A stretch of 64,000 bases of DNA from an uncultured candidatus Porisulfidus sp. (GTDB lineage Bacteria > Pseudomonadota > Gammaproteobacteria > Poriferisulfidales > Poriferisulfidaceae), in contig OZ220480.1 in assembly GCA_965116025.1 (NCBI GenBank), positions 384,001-448,000 on the forward strand. The letters are read 5' to 3'. Position numbers and translations under genes: made by a program. Positions 51,005 through 62,283 of this stretch are shown in pieces. The notes below the pieces were generated by a model. The model was not told the origin of the DNA. It did no database searches and saw only the letters and a list, made by a program, of their open reading frames with translations. Each line of letters starts with the position of its first letter. The first letter of the stretch is position 1.

Positions 51005-52411
51005 TTGGCCCACGCCGCCCACTTAAGCATGCTTTCATTTCGATTCCCCGAAACCACCCTTTCGAGACCGCATTGGCGGCATGTGACGACTATTTGCGCC
51101 TCACTCTGCCTGGCCGGAGGCATGCTGGCACTCATTCCGAAATCCAGCGAGACCCACGCGTCCATCGCGCCCGCCACGCCACAGCATTCCTCTCGCTTGA
51201 CGCAACCATTAGCTCTCCCACCGAAACTGGCAAAAAAACCGTCCGGCGCTCCTGCCGCCTTACCCAAAAAAACCATCCAAAGCCCCGGAGCCCCGGCCGT
51301 CGCGCGCGAGTGGGACGAGAAAGTCACGGTGCGATCAGGCGATTCTCTGAGCGTTATCCTCAACCGGCTGGATCTGGATCACGCCGTCCCGGCCCTATTG
51401 CGCCTCGGGTCTGGCTCCAAGCCACTGCACCGGTTGCATCCCGGCCAAGTTCTCCATATTCAGCAAGACGAGCAGGGACTGCGCCGCCTAATGTTCCAGC
51501 CGACCCCCTTCCGGGAAACCAGTTATTGGCGCATGCCCGGAAAAGCCTATACGGTTGGGCATATCGATCTGCCTGTGGAGCACAAGCGACGATCCGTCAG
51601 CGGCACGATCAAGCGCACGCTGTTCGAGTCCGGGGATGAAGCGGGTCTCAGTCACTCCCTGATCCAAGAGCTCGCGCATATCTTCGGTTGGGATATCGAT
51701 TTCGCCTTGGAAATCCAGAAAGGCGATCAGTTCAAGCTGATTTGGGAAGAGCGTTGGGCGGGAGGCCGCCATGTCGAGGATGGACCCATTCTCGCTGCCG
51801 AATTCGTGAATCAGGGAGAGACGTATCGGGCCTTGCGCTATGTCCGAAAGGACGGCCAGGCCGACTACTACACGCCGGACGGCCAGCATTTGCGCAAGCA
51901 GTTCCTGCGCACTCCCGTGGACTTCGCTCGCATCAGCTCGCATTTCAACCCGCGCCGGTTGCACCCGATCCTCAAACGAATTCGTCCGCACCGCGGCGTG
52001 GACTATGCCGCCCCGGCAGGCACTCCCGTCTACGCGGCCGGAGACGGAACCGTCACGCATCGTGGCTGGAAAAGCGGCTATGGCCGGGTGATTTTCATTC
52101 AGCACGGCGCCCGCTACACCACCGTCTACGCGCATCTCTCGAAATATGCCAAAGGCGTAAAGGTCGGTAGCAAAGTCGCCCAAGGGCAGATCATCGGCCG
52201 GGTGGGACAGTCCGGCATGGCGACCGGCCCGCACCTGCACTACGAATTCCGGATCGACGGCGTTCACCGCAACCCCGTGAAGGTCAGGTTCCCCTCCATC
52301 AAGCCTCTCCGGCAAGCCGACCTCGCTGACTTTCGGCGACAGGCCTGGCCCATGCTGGTAGCCTTGGGGACGACCTATGACTTGCAGGCGGCTTACGCCA
52401 ATGCCGAATGA
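51005..52411 (+). CDS. M23 family murein DD-endopeptidase (MepM/OapA-like)
   Basis: VTVRSGDSL, FGWDIDF, HRGVDYAA, YAHL, TGPHLHYE; start uncertain. Confidence 0.92.
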   Translation: MAHAAHLSMLSFRFPETTLSRPHWRHVTTICASLCLAGGMLALIPKSSETHASIAPATPQHSSRLTQPLALPPKLAKKPSGAPAALPKKTIQSPGAPAVAREWDEKVTVRSGDSLSVILNRLDLDHAVPALLRLGSGSKPLHRLHPGQVLHIQQDEQGLRRLMFQPTPFRETSYWRMPGKAYTVGHIDLPVEHKRRSVSGTIKRTLFESGDEAGLSHSLIQELAHIFGWDIDFALEIQKGDQFKLIWEERWAGGRHVEDGPILAAEFVNQGETYRALRYVRKDGQADYYTPDGQHLRKQFLRTPVDFARISSHFNPRRLHPILKRIRPHRGVDYAAPAGTPVYAAGDGTVTHRGWKSGYGRVIFIQHGARYTTVYAHLSKYAKGVKVGSKVAQGQIIGRVGQSGMATGPHLHYEFRIDGVHRNPVKVRFPSIKPLRQADLADFRRQAWPMLVALGTTYDLQAAYANAE

Positions 52412-53502
52412 GCGCGCTGTACGTCGGCGCCTTGTCCGGCACCAGCATGAATTCCATTGACGCCGCGCTTTTCGATTTCTCTTCCGAACGCCCGAAGCTC
52501 CTCGCCCACCACGCGATTCCCTTCCCCGAAATTCTCCAAGAGAAGCTTCGGCACCTGATCCTCAATCCGCACTCGTTGCGGGAGTACGCGCTGGCCGAGC
52601 GCGCGCTCAGCCAAAGTTTCGCACGGTGCGTCCAGACTCTGCTCGAAGACAGCGCGACGGCGCCGAGCCAGGTCGCCGCGGCGGGCATCCATGGCCAAAC
52701 CCTTCTTCATCAAAAAGGCGACGGGGCCGCGCTGACGCTGCAACTTCTCGACCCGAACCAGATCAGCGCCCAGTGCGGGATCCCGGTGATCAGCGATTTT
52801 CGGCGACGCGACCTAGCGGAGGGCGGGGAAGGAGCCCCGCTCGCGCCTCTCGCCCATCACCGCCTGTTTCATTCCTCCACCGAAAACCGGGCCGTAGTGA
52901 ACATCGGCGGCATCGCGAACATCACCACGCTACCTGCCGAAGGGCCCGTTCGGGGCCACGATACCGGCCCGGGTTGCGGGTTGCTGGATGAATGGAGCCA
53001 ACTGCACCTCGGCGAGAATTACGACCGCGACGGCCAATGGGGAAGAACCGGAAAAATTCAGGAAGAACTCCTGGAGATGATGTTGCGCGATCCGTACTTC
53101 ACCCAGTCCCCGCCCAAGAGCGCGGGCCGCGAATATTTCTGCCGTTCCTGGGTCGAGGGCATGATCGTGGAACGGCCAGCCAGCCCTGTGGACATACAGG
53201 CGACCTTGACCGAACTGACCGCGCGCAGCGTCGGAGCCGCGGCGCTCGCCGCCTCTCCAGCCGTGAAAAGAGTGTTGCTCTGCGGCGGGGGAGCGCGAAA
53301 CGCCTATCTCAGGGAGCGCGTCGCCACCCAGCTGTCCACGCCCGTCGAGCTCACAGACGAGCGCGGCCTGGATGCCGAATGGGTGGAATGCTTTTTGTTC
53401 GCCCTGCTCGCCCGTCTTCACGCGCGCGGCGAAGTCATGGACTTGGCGAGCGTCACGGGCAGTCGAAAGGCCACCGCGTTGGGCGCCACCTGGCCCGCTT
53501 GA
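52408..53502 (+). CDS. anmK: Anhydro-N-acetylmuramic acid kinase
   Basis: SGTSM..ID, HGQT, DFRRRDLA.GGEGAPL, NIGGIAN, DTGPG. Confidence 0.95.
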   Translation: MSALYVGALSGTSMNSIDAALFDFSSERPKLLAHHAIPFPEILQEKLRHLILNPHSLREYALAERALSQSFARCVQTLLEDSATAPSQVAAAGIHGQTLLHQKGDGAALTLQLLDPNQISAQCGIPVISDFRRRDLAEGGEGAPLAPLAHHRLFHSSTENRAVVNIGGIANITTLPAEGPVRGHDTGPGCGLLDEWSQLHLGENYDRDGQWGRTGKIQEELLEMMLRDPYFTQSPPKSAGREYFCRSWVEGMIVERPASPVDIQATLTELTARSVGAAALAASPAVKRVLLCGGGARNAYLRERVATQLSTPVELTDERGLDAEWVECFLFALLARLHARGEVMDLASVTGSRKATALGATWPA

Positions 53503-53511
53503 GAAACGATC

Positions 53512-53877
53512 TTACGGAGAGAACGACGACCCGCAACCGCACGTCGTGGTGGCGTTGGGATTGCGAATCACGAACTGCGCGCCTTCCAGCCCCTCGGTGT
53601 AGTCGATCTCGGCTCCCATCAGATACTGGAAGCTCATCGGGTCAATCAACAGGGTGACCCCCTCTTTCTCAACCCGGGTGTCTCCATCCTGCGTTTCCTC
53701 ATCGAACGTGAACCCATACTGAAACCCGGAGCAGCCACCCCCGCTGACGAAAACGCGCAGTTTGAGCGCGTCGTTTTTTTCTTCCTCAATCAATTGTTTC
53801 ACTTTCCGGGCGGCGGAATCGGTAAAGATCAAGGGCGCCGTCGAATCCGTCTCGACTGAGAGCATCGTTTCGGCCAT
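53512..53877 (-). CDS. erpA: Iron-sulfur cluster insertion protein
   Basis: [31 protein letters not shown]. Confidence 0.95.
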   Translation of the reverse strand: MAETMLSVETDSTAPLIFTDSAARKVKQLIEEEKNDALKLRVFVSGGGCSGFQYGFTFDEETQDGDTRVEKEGVTLLIDPMSFQYLMGAEIDYTEGLEGAQFVIRNPNATTTCGCGSSFSP

Positions 53878-54347
53878 TATCGGTCCTCGGGGTTCTTTCG
53901 TCCAGAGAGAACAATATAGCACACGGGCCAAGGTTCACGCGACTCGGACCGCGCTCCACGAACCATCTCTTCGTGAGATATTCGTCTGTAAGCCAGAAAC
54001 CGGGATCACCGCGCGCCAGCGGGCATTCTCGCTATGGCGTCCAGGCTCTCGACAGTTTGGAAGCGCCGCGGTCTCAATACGCTCAAGCATCGAAAAATCT
54101 GGCAACGGAAACTTCCCGTCCAGCTCCACGAAATAATGGAAAATCGCTCCCATCCAGCTCCCGCGAGATCCGAAAGGCGGTATCGCTTCAGGCCCCCTCC
54201 GCGCGACCGTGCGGCGAAAAGATCATAGCAACCCACGACGACACTGGGATAATGTCTTTGGTAAAGAATCAGACGATATCCCGGTGCCCGCTTTCTACAC
54301 CAACGAAAGCCTCCAGCGCGGCCAAGCCGCTGACGAAAGATGGAATC

Positions 54348-55376
54348 TCACGCTGGCAACGCGATCTGCGACAGCCCGGTCCGCTCTGGAAGATCAAACA
54401 TCAGGTTCATGTTCTGGATCGCCTGCCCCGCCGCGCCCTTGACCAGATTGTCGATCACGGAAACGATCACCATCGGCTCGCCATCGCCAGGATGCAAGGC
54501 GATCCGGCAGACGTTCGATCCACGCGCGTTCTTGGTCTGCGGCAGACTCTCCGGCGGCATCACGTCGACGAATGGCTCTTCCGCGTAACGCCGCTCATAC
54601 AGCGTCCGCGTCACTTCCCCAGACAGATCGGTCCATGCGTACAAAGTCGCCAAGATGCCTCGGACCATCGGAGCCACGTGGGGCGTGAACGTCAATCGCG
54701 CTGATTGACCAGAGATCTGCTCGAGAACTTGGGAGATTTCTGGGCCATGCCGGTGCTGATGGATTCCGTACGCCCGGAAGTTCTCCATCGCCTCGCTCAT
54801 CAGCAGGGGCGTGCTAGCCTGGCGGCCAGCCCCGCTGATGCCGGATTTCGCGTCCGCGATCAATCGCTCGAAGTCCGCCGCGCCGGATTCCAGCAATGGC
54901 AAGAACCCTAAGATCACGGCCGTCGGATAGCAACCTGGATTCGCCACCAGCCGCGCCTGGCGCACCCGCTCCCGGTTTAGCTCCGGTAGCCCATACACGG
55001 CTTCCCCCAGCAAATCTGGGCAAGCGTGAGGCATTTGATAGACCGACTCCCAAACTTGCGGGTCTCGTAGACGAAAATCGGCCGCGAGATCAATCACCCG
55101 ACGCCCTCGCTCCAGAAGCCTCGGGGCCTGCCGCATCGCGGTTCCGTTGGGCGTCGCGAAGAACGCGACCGCGCACTCCGTCTCATACAGTCGGCGGTGC
55201 GGCACATAGGAAAGATCCACCCGTCCGCGCAAATGCGGATGCGCGTCCGCGACAGGCCTTCCCGCCTCGGAATCCGAGCTGACCGCCACCACCTCGACAT
55301 CCGGGTGGTCGGTAAGCAGGCGGAGCAACTCCACGCCGGTATAGCCGGTCGCCCCCACGATGCCCGCTTTAATCAT
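54348..55376 (-). CDS. argC: N-acetyl-gamma-glutamyl-phosphate reductase
   Basis: [35 protein letters not shown]. Confidence 0.97.
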   Translation of the reverse strand: MIKAGIVGATGYTGVELLRLLTDHPDVEVVAVSSDSEAGRPVADAHPHLRGRVDLSYVPHRRLYETECAVAFFATPNGTAMRQAPRLLERGRRVIDLAADFRLRDPQVWESVYQMPHACPDLLGEAVYGLPELNRERVRQARLVANPGCYPTAVILGFLPLLESGAADFERLIADAKSGISGAGRQASTPLLMSEAMENFRAYGIHQHRHGPEISQVLEQISGQSARLTFTPHVAPMVRGILATLYAWTDLSGEVTRTLYERRYAEEPFVDVMPPESLPQTKNARGSNVCRIALHPGDGEPMVIVSVIDNLVKGAAGQAIQNMNLMFDLPERTGLSQIALPA

Positions 55377-55440
55377 CCGTTGACCCGATACAATGCAGGC
55401 GTTCATCTTATCCGATTGGCCGCCGCTCAATACCGGGAAA

Positions 55441-55884
55441 ATGCTCTGGCTCAAGGCGTTGCACCTGATTTTCATGGTGACCTGGTTCGCCGGGCTGTTC
55501 TATCTGCCGCGCCTGTTCGTGTACCACGCGATGAGCGACGACGAGACCAGCCTCCAGCGCTTCCACGTCATGGAACGGAAACTGCTTTGGGGGATCGCCA
55601 CCCCGGGCGGAGCGCTGACTCTGTTGTTCGGATTCTGGTTGCTCGCCGACTATCGGCCCGACCTGCTTTCCGCGGGATGGATGCAGTGGAAATTGATCTT
55701 GGTCGGGGCGCTGGTCGGATATCACGCGTGGTGCGTCCTCCTGCAACGAAGATTCGCGCGAGGAGAAAACCGGCATGGACATATCTGGTATCGCTGGTTC
55801 AACGAGGCTCCGGTCCTCATTCTGATCGCGACCGTGATCTTGGCCGTGCTGCGCCCGCAAGCGGGTTTCGACTTCTTTACCTGA
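55441..55884 (+). CDS. hemJ: Protoporphyrinogen oxidase HemJ
   Basis: [37 protein letters not shown]. Confidence 0.92.
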   Translation: MLWLKALHLIFMVTWFAGLFYLPRLFVYHAMSDDETSLQRFHVMERKLLWGIATPGGALTLLFGFWLLADYRPDLLSAGWMQWKLILVGALVGYHAWCVLLQRRFARGENRHGHIWYRWFNEAPVLILIATVILAVLRPQAGFDFFT

Positions 55885-56037
55885 TATGCCCGATTGTTAC
55901 AATAACGGCTGGGCGACTGGCGACCCCTCTTCTGGCCAGAACTCCCTCATGCCTCCGCGCCATTCCGCGCATCGCGAAAGAGAAATCTTAGACAAGCCGA
56001 AACGATCAACCCGATAATTCAATCCGAGCCGAAGCAA

Positions 56038-56868
56038 GTGAGTCCCGTTCAAATTCCACCGTTGAAGATACAGGGAATCAAGACTAGAGCGATACCGTTT
56101 ATTCGGGATCGTGTTGATTGGGAAGGTTCTGGCCGTTGGATAGAACCTTTTGTTGGTTCGGCCGTCGTCCCTTTCAACATAAAGCCGGACCGCGCTCTGC
56201 TTGGCGACGCCAACCCGCATTTGATCCGCTTTTATAAATCCATACAGCGAGAGACCGTCACCAGCGCGACAGTCCGTATTTTCTTAGAACGAGAGGGCGC
56301 ATATCTCCTACGCGACGGACAAGAGCATTATCATCGAGTTCGGGAGCGCTTTAACGACGCGCATGATCCGCACGATTTCCTATTCCTGAATCGCGCCTGT
56401 TTCAATGGCATGATGCGCTTCAACAAGAAAGGATACTTCAACACTCCCTTCTGCCGGAAGCCAGAGCGCTTTCGGCCCGCCTATGTAACGAAGATCTGCA
56501 ATCAAGTTCAGAGAATCGCGGATGTTATGGCCAATACATCATGGAAGTTCGTTTGCGCTGACTGGTCCGACATTATCAGCGAAGCGCGGGAAGGCGATTT
56601 TGTGTATTGCGATCCGCCATACGCTGGACGCTTCGCGGATTACTTCAACTCCTGGGATGACGGCGACGCATCGCGGCTAGAAGACGCTTTGAAGGCATTG
56701 CCATGCCCATTTCTTTATTCCATGTGGTCAGAAAACAAGTACCGGAAGAATGATCGGCTGCATGAATCGTTTTCCCAGTATCGAATTGAGACGTTCTCTC
56801 ATTTCTATCATTTGGGCGCGACCGAGAACTTGCGCAACAGGATAATTGAAGCCTTGGTTTCTGGATGA
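56038..56868 (+). CDS. Dam-family (D12 class) N6-adenine methyltransferase resembling M.EcoRV
   Basis: PPLK.QGIKT, EPFVGS, FLFLNRACFNG, YCDPPY, HFYHLGA; similarity to M.EcoRV is recalled from memory, not computed. Confidence 0.88.
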   Translation: MSPVQIPPLKIQGIKTRAIPFIRDRVDWEGSGRWIEPFVGSAVVPFNIKPDRALLGDANPHLIRFYKSIQRETVTSATVRIFLEREGAYLLRDGQEHYHRVRERFNDAHDPHDFLFLNRACFNGMMRFNKKGYFNTPFCRKPERFRPAYVTKICNQVQRIADVMANTSWKFVCADWSDIISEAREGDFVYCDPPYAGRFADYFNSWDDGDASRLEDALKALPCPFLYSMWSENKYRKNDRLHESFSQYRIETFSHFYHLGATENLRNRIIEALVSG

Positions 56869-57003
56869 AAGATTATATTCTGAATGCGCTCGCGCAAATT
56901 CAAAACGGCTATTCTCAATGTGGAATCGCTGATCGTATAGTCTCGTGTTCATCCACTTGGTTTGGACGCGAAAGCATGTCCGAACGCATCAAGTCCTGGT
57001 TGA
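56865..57003 (+). pseudogene. Truncated, frameshifted EcoRV-like endonuclease remnant
   Basis: MKDYILNALAQIQNGYSQCGIADR, then in the +1 frame SRVHPLGLDAK; resembles the R.EcoRV N-terminus as recalled (LINALYDENQKYDVCGIISAEGKIYPLGSDTK); ATGA-coupled to the methylase. Confidence 0.6.
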
Positions 57004-57121
57004 AAGAAAACTCTAGTGACGCGCGGCGACTTTCATCACGACCCTCACTCAGGTCCAAGAAGGCCATGATGCGAACGCCGATCAAGGAAGCGGATATCTG
57101 CCATTTATCTGGGCAGCCGTA

Positions 57122-59758
57122 ATGTACGGTTTGACCCTGTTCCGGGACTTAAAAGAAGCCACCATCTCGTGGCGCGAAAATGGCTACCCTTGCGAGGACC
57201 ACCCCTACATCAGCTTCATTCTTTCGCACCAAACCAGAGATGCGCGAGAAACCCTCAAGGAGGACGAGGCCATTGAGTTGAAGTACCTGCGCGAGCCGCA
57301 GTTTCTAGCCCTGGAGATTTATTGGTATGTTCGATTGATCCTGAAAACCCCCAAGATCGTGGATTTGTACAAGCATTTTTACGGGAACGACAAAAGCGAA
57401 TTCTTCGACGCCATCGGACTCCCCTTGTCGCCAGACGCCTTCGACTACGCTACCATTGACCAGGTCATGGAAAAGGTCAAGCATGACCAGGAGTTCGTGA
57501 AAAGAAAAAGAGCGGACGCGCTACATGAATCAATTCGCCTGGAATATCCGAGCTACATTCTGGCCTTGGCTATGGGAGCGGGAAAGACCGTTCTGATCGG
57601 AACGATAATCTCGACGGAATTCGCTATGTCGATCCGGTATCCTGACAGCGAAATCAAATTCATGAGAAACGCCCTCGTCTTCGCCCCGGGCACGACCATC
57701 ATCGAAAGCCTGCGAGAGCTCAGCGACTTGGCATACGAAGAGATATTGCCGCCGGACGCACGGCGAGACTTTCTCGCGAACCTGAAAATCGAATACCCTG
57801 GAAAGGGAAAGGATATCCAAATCCAGGCCGGTAGCTCCTACAACTTGATCGTCACCAATACCGAGAAGATCAGCCTGCGGGCCAAAACGAGAAAGAATCG
57901 GACGGATTTCGAACGCGACCAAGTGCTCGCGAATCTTCGGCTCCAGAAAATCGCGAGCCTGCCAAATCTCGGAGTGTTCTCGGATGAGGCGCACCACACT
58001 TTCGGAAACGCTTTCGAGAAAATCAAGAGAGTTCGAGAAACCATCGATTACATCAATGACCATGGCGCGCCGATCGTGGCGGTCGTGAACACGACCGGGA
58101 CCCCGTACTACAAAAAGAAACCGCTAGTAGAAGTGATCGCATGGTATGGACTCGGAGAGGGAATCAAGGACAACATCCTCAAGTCTCTGACGAATGGAAT
58201 CCACCGGTATGACATGAGAAACGAGCCCGAAGAGACCGTGATCAACGATATCGTGCGCGAATTCTTCAAGACCTACGGGGACGTGACTCTTCCCGACGGT
58301 GCCAAAGCGAAGATCGCCTTTTACTTCAAGACGCAAGAGCATTTGGAAACGTCCAAGAATTTTATCGAGAAGGCGATGACGGAAATCGGGGAAAGCGTCT
58401 CCCAAATACTGGTCAACACGCAGAAATCTGACAGCTGGCAGCTGGACGCCTTCCGGCGCCTCAATGACCCTGGTAGCCTAATGCGGGTGATTCTTCTTAT
58501 TGGGAAGGGGGTCGAGGGCTGGAATTGCCCCAGCCTGTTCGCCTGCGCCCTGATCAAGCCGCAAACCAGCAAGACCTATGTGCTGCAGGCTTCCACGCGG
58601 TGCTTGCGGCAAGTACCCGGAAATTCGCTCCCGGCGAAGATCTTTTTGGATCACCAGAACTCCGGCATCCTCAATCAGCAACTCCGGGACAGTTTCTCCA
58701 CTGACCTGACAGACCTTATGCTTGGAGCGAGCCAGAAGAAACACGTCGTCTTGCGCATCAGGAAGCCCGATCTACCAAAACTAGAAATCACCAGGAAAGT
58801 CAGAAAAGCCGTAAGAACACGCGAATCAAGCGCGCCCATCCATCTGGCGAGACCGAAATCCAAAGCTCCTCCCACGGTGCTTCGAAACATATTGACCCCC
58901 GCGTTCAGCAGCTCGTTCGATTTGCTCATGCCCACCGGCGAGACGAAAAAACTTGTCGTGGCGGAAAAATCCACGGATCGCTACACCGTCGCCAGAAGAA
59001 TCGCTTCCAGATACCATCTCCCCCTTCTGCAAGTCCTGCAAAGCTTGAGAAAACTCTATCCCAAGGGAACGATTCCGAATGGTCACCTGTATGGACTGCA
59101 TAAGCAGGCCGAGCGGCAACAAGCGAACTATGAAATCGTTGAGGAGGATGTGACCGAGGTGATGGCGCTGATCCGGATTCAGGACGAGAACGGCAACAAT
59201 TTATTCGAGACGGAAGCGGACGACGATGGCGGTAGCGTTTACGTTCACCGGCTACGCATGTTGCGGCGCACTTATGAAAGAATGGAGCAGCTCGACCTTT
59301 TTCAGGATGCGGCGACATGCGCGGATCGTCACGACCTGAGCTATCACTACGTCCCGTACAATTTCGATAGCGGGCCGGAAAGCTCTTTGTTCAAGCAGAC
59401 CCTGTCCGCGCTCAACGCCGACCCTCGCGATGTCGAAGCTTTTCTTTTTACCGGGGGCCTGACGAATCCGAGCATGACCGACTTTCACTTTGAGTACATG
59501 GGGGAAAACGGGCAATACCACCGCTACTTCCCTGATTTCGTGGTGGTCAAAAAGAAAACCCGGGAGTTTTACGTCGTCGAGGTCAAGTCTGAGCGCGATC
59601 GCGAAAACCCTACCGTTGAAGCGAAGAAAAAGGCTGTGGAACGATTGCGGAACATGCAGCCAGAGAAGTTCAAGTATCACATCGTCTACACTGGCGAGGG
59701 AGAGGTTCCACCTAACGAGATTCAACATATTCTGGACTGGGCAGAATCACGGCGATGA
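57122..59758 (+). CDS. Type III restriction-like helicase/endonuclease subunit (Res)
   Basis: AMGAGKT, DEAHH, TGTP, EGWN, Q..TRCLR, C-terminal YFPDF...EVK. Confidence 0.88.
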   Translation: MYGLTLFRDLKEATISWRENGYPCEDHPYISFILSHQTRDARETLKEDEAIELKYLREPQFLALEIYWYVRLILKTPKIVDLYKHFYGNDKSEFFDAIGLPLSPDAFDYATIDQVMEKVKHDQEFVKRKRADALHESIRLEYPSYILALAMGAGKTVLIGTIISTEFAMSIRYPDSEIKFMRNALVFAPGTTIIESLRELSDLAYEEILPPDARRDFLANLKIEYPGKGKDIQIQAGSSYNLIVTNTEKISLRAKTRKNRTDFERDQVLANLRLQKIASLPNLGVFSDEAHHTFGNAFEKIKRVRETIDYINDHGAPIVAVVNTTGTPYYKKKPLVEVIAWYGLGEGIKDNILKSLTNGIHRYDMRNEPEETVINDIVREFFKTYGDVTLPDGAKAKIAFYFKTQEHLETSKNFIEKAMTEIGESVSQILVNTQKSDSWQLDAFRRLNDPGSLMRVILLIGKGVEGWNCPSLFACALIKPQTSKTYVLQASTRCLRQVPGNSLPAKIFLDHQNSGILNQQLRDSFSTDLTDLMLGASQKKHVVLRIRKPDLPKLEITRKVRKAVRTRESSAPIHLARPKSKAPPTVLRNILTPAFSSSFDLLMPTGETKKLVVAEKSTDRYTVARRIASRYHLPLLQVLQSLRKLYPKGTIPNGHLYGLHKQAERQQANYEIVEEDVTEVMALIRIQDENGNNLFETEADDDGGSVYVHRLRMLRRTYERMEQLDLFQDAATCADRHDLSYHYVPYNFDSGPESSLFKQTLSALNADPRDVEAFLFTGGLTNPSMTDFHFEYMGENGQYHRYFPDFVVVKKKTREFYVVEVKSERDRENPTVEAKKKAVERLRNMQPEKFKYHIVYTGEGEVPPNEIQHILDWAESRR

Positions 59759-61512
59759 GCGAGAAAGCGATCAAGATACGGCCTATCAAAGGGCGCGCCA
59801 TGCTTTCCTGGGTCGGAAAAAAGGTCTTGGATTCCGTTCGGTATTTTCCTCCTCAACTATGCGAAAGCGTCGGAGTGAAGACCCCACCCGCCGAACCTTC
59901 TTACAAAGAGTTTGAGCGTGGGGGATTCAATCTGCTTTTTCACGGAGACAACAAGGAGACGCTATCCTCTCTCATCAACCTTGGATTCCGGGCAAAAGTC
60001 GACTTGATCTACATCGATCCTCCCTTCGATTCTGGCGCTGACTACGTCAGGAAAATCAAACTGCGTGGCACGAAGCGCGTTTATAGCGGAAAACTTGACG
60101 GAGCGGAACACACGGCGATAGAGCAGGCGCAGTACGAGGACATCTGGGCGAACGACAACTACCTTCAGTTCATGTACGAGCGCTTGATTTTGATGCGAGA
60201 GTTGCTGAGCGATCAAGGAAGCATCTATCTGCATTGCGACGAGCACAAGGGACATCAATTGCGTCTTTTGCTGGACGAGGTTTTTGGAGAGGAAAACTTC
60301 AAGCGGGAAATCGTCTGGGACATAACGGTTCTATCCGGCTTCAAGACAAAGGCCCGCAACTGGATTCGCGGACATGACACGATCCTTTTCTACACGAAAG
60401 GCCAGAGCCAGAAATGGAATTCCCCCAGGATTCCGCACGATCAGAAATACTTGGCTCGTTTTGACCAGATAGATGAGGATGGCCGAAGGTATTTCGGGGG
60501 CAGAGGCCCGCGCCGATATCTGGATGAAGTCAAATCGAGGGGCAAGGCGGTCGGAGACGTATGGTCGGACATTATGTCCTTTCAGCAACAACCAACTTCC
60601 ACGGAAAATGGGCAATATCCCACGCAAAAGCCAGAGAAGCTGTTAGAGCGAATCATTCAAGCGTCCAGCGACGAGGGATCCATAGTTTTGGATTGCTTCT
60701 GCGGCTCCGGGACGACGGCCGCCGTGGCGGAAAAACTTAATCGCCGCTGGATCATGGCGGATCTCAACAAGGGCGCCATCCAAACCACCGTCAAAAGACT
60801 GCAGAAGGCGCATGCGGAAAATGAGGGCGGCAAGTTGATTCATTACCGCGTCAACAACTATGACGCCACGAAGCAAAACGCTCTAAAGAAAGTCATTATC
60901 GCGAAATACGGCATCCAGTCAGATCGCAAGGATCTGTTTTTTGATGGCACGGTGGGCGGGCAACTGGCCAAGATCGTGGAGCTGGACAAGCCATTGACCG
61001 TTTTGGATATCCAAAACATCAAAGAGGAAATTCGGAGCAATAGGCCAGAGGACACTCGGAACGTGGTCGTTTTCTGCAACGGGTCAGAAATAGAAACGCT
61101 GGAAGCTCTGGAAAAAGAGAAAAGCCCAATTAACCGGATCGTCGCTCTCGATATTCAGCGAGACTCGGTGTTCACGAATCAACCCGCGGAAGCGGAAGTT
61201 GAGGTACGCAAAGCCGGGAAGCGCGTCCAAATTGAAATCTCGGACTACATCAGCCCGACCATCCTCGCTCGATTGGACGTTGACCGAACACTGCTTGATG
61301 AGCAAATAGACGATTTTCGAGCGCAAATCGATTATGTGCTGATCGACACGGATTACCGCGAAGAATATTTCCAAATAATGGAAAGCGATGTGCCACGCGC
61401 GAAGAGCGATTTGATTAAAGGCGCATATGACCTGCCTCTGCCTCGAGCCAACGCGACCGTGGCCGTGAAAATCGTGGATATGGTCGGAGAGGAAGTCCTA
61501 GTCGTGAAATAG
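59755..61512 (+). CDS. Type III-like DNA methyltransferase subunit (Mod, beta class)
   Basis: LIYIDPPF before YPTQKPE.LL and DCFCGSGTT; ATGA-coupled to res. Confidence 0.9.
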   Translation: MSEKAIKIRPIKGRAMLSWVGKKVLDSVRYFPPQLCESVGVKTPPAEPSYKEFERGGFNLLFHGDNKETLSSLINLGFRAKVDLIYIDPPFDSGADYVRKIKLRGTKRVYSGKLDGAEHTAIEQAQYEDIWANDNYLQFMYERLILMRELLSDQGSIYLHCDEHKGHQLRLLLDEVFGEENFKREIVWDITVLSGFKTKARNWIRGHDTILFYTKGQSQKWNSPRIPHDQKYLARFDQIDEDGRRYFGGRGPRRYLDEVKSRGKAVGDVWSDIMSFQQQPTSTENGQYPTQKPEKLLERIIQASSDEGSIVLDCFCGSGTTAAVAEKLNRRWIMADLNKGAIQTTVKRLQKAHAENEGGKLIHYRVNNYDATKQNALKKVIIAKYGIQSDRKDLFFDGTVGGQLAKIVELDKPLTVLDIQNIKEEIRSNRPEDTRNVVVFCNGSEIETLEALEKEKSPINRIVALDIQRDSVFTNQPAEAEVEVRKAGKRVQIEISDYISPTILARLDVDRTLLDEQIDDFRAQIDYVLIDTDYREEYFQIMESDVPRAKSDLIKGAYDLPLPRANATVAVKIVDMVGEEVLVVK

Positions 61513-61593
61513 CCCTCGATTTCGGAACCCTCCAAGATCGCGATAAGGCATGAGCCCGCGCGTCCTGCCCCGTCCCATCTCGCGCACGTCCGC

Positions 61594-62283
61594 ATGAACG
61601 CGACCGCCTTCTACGATTTGGACCACACGCTGATCGGTTGCGACAGCGATTACGAGTGGGGACAGTTTCTGGCGGACTCCGGGGAGATCGATGGAGATGC
61701 CTACCGTTCGCGCAATCAGGCTTTCTACGACGATTACCTCGGAGGAAGACTGGACTCCCTCGCGTATCTGGAATTCGTCCTGACTCCGCTTGGGCAAATC
61801 GATGGGCGACGTCTGCTGGAGCTTCGCGCGCGATTCATGGAAGAGCGGATCCGGCCAGCTTTGCGACCAAAAGCGGAACGGCTGATCGCGAAGCATCGCG
61901 CGCGCGGCTTTCGTCAGATTGTCGTGACCTCGACCAACGCTTTCATCGCGGAACCGATCACGAGGATATTGGGCATCCCAACCTTGATCGCGCCACGACC
62001 CAAACTACAGTCGGGACGATACACCGGAGAGTTGCTCGACGCGCCGTGCTTCGCCGCCGACAAGCCAAAGCGAATTCGAGCCTGGGCGGAGCGCGCGGGG
62101 ATCCAGTTGGAGGAAACCTGGGGGTATTCCGATTCCTTCAACGACATCCCGTTGCTGGAGTTCGTCGATCATCCGGTGGCCGTGGACCCGGACCCATCCC
62201 TGCGCGCGCGCGCCCAGGAGCGGAAGTGGGAAATTATCAGCCTGAGCGAAGCTACTCCGGGGAATACCCGAACGCCTCCTTGA
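61594..62283 (+). CDS. HAD-IB family phosphatase (SerB-like/histidinol-phosphatase-like)
   Basis: DLDHTL..DSDYEW, YSDSFNDIPLLE, AVDPD. Confidence 0.88.
   Translation: MNATAFYDLDHTLIGCDSDYEWGQFLADSGEIDGDAYRSRNQAFYDDYLGGRLDSLAYLEFVLTPLGQIDGRRLLELRARFMEERIRPALRPKAERLIAKHRARGFRQIVVTSTNAFIAEPITRILGIPTLIAPRPKLQSGRYTGELLDAPCFAADKPKRIRAWAERAGIQLEETWGYSDSFNDIPLLEFVDHPVAVDPDPSLRARAQERKWEIISLSEATPGNTRTPP

Noticed and set aside
59755-61512. Phase-variable type III mod (phasevarion)
   Set aside because: No simple sequence repeat seen in or upstream of mod.
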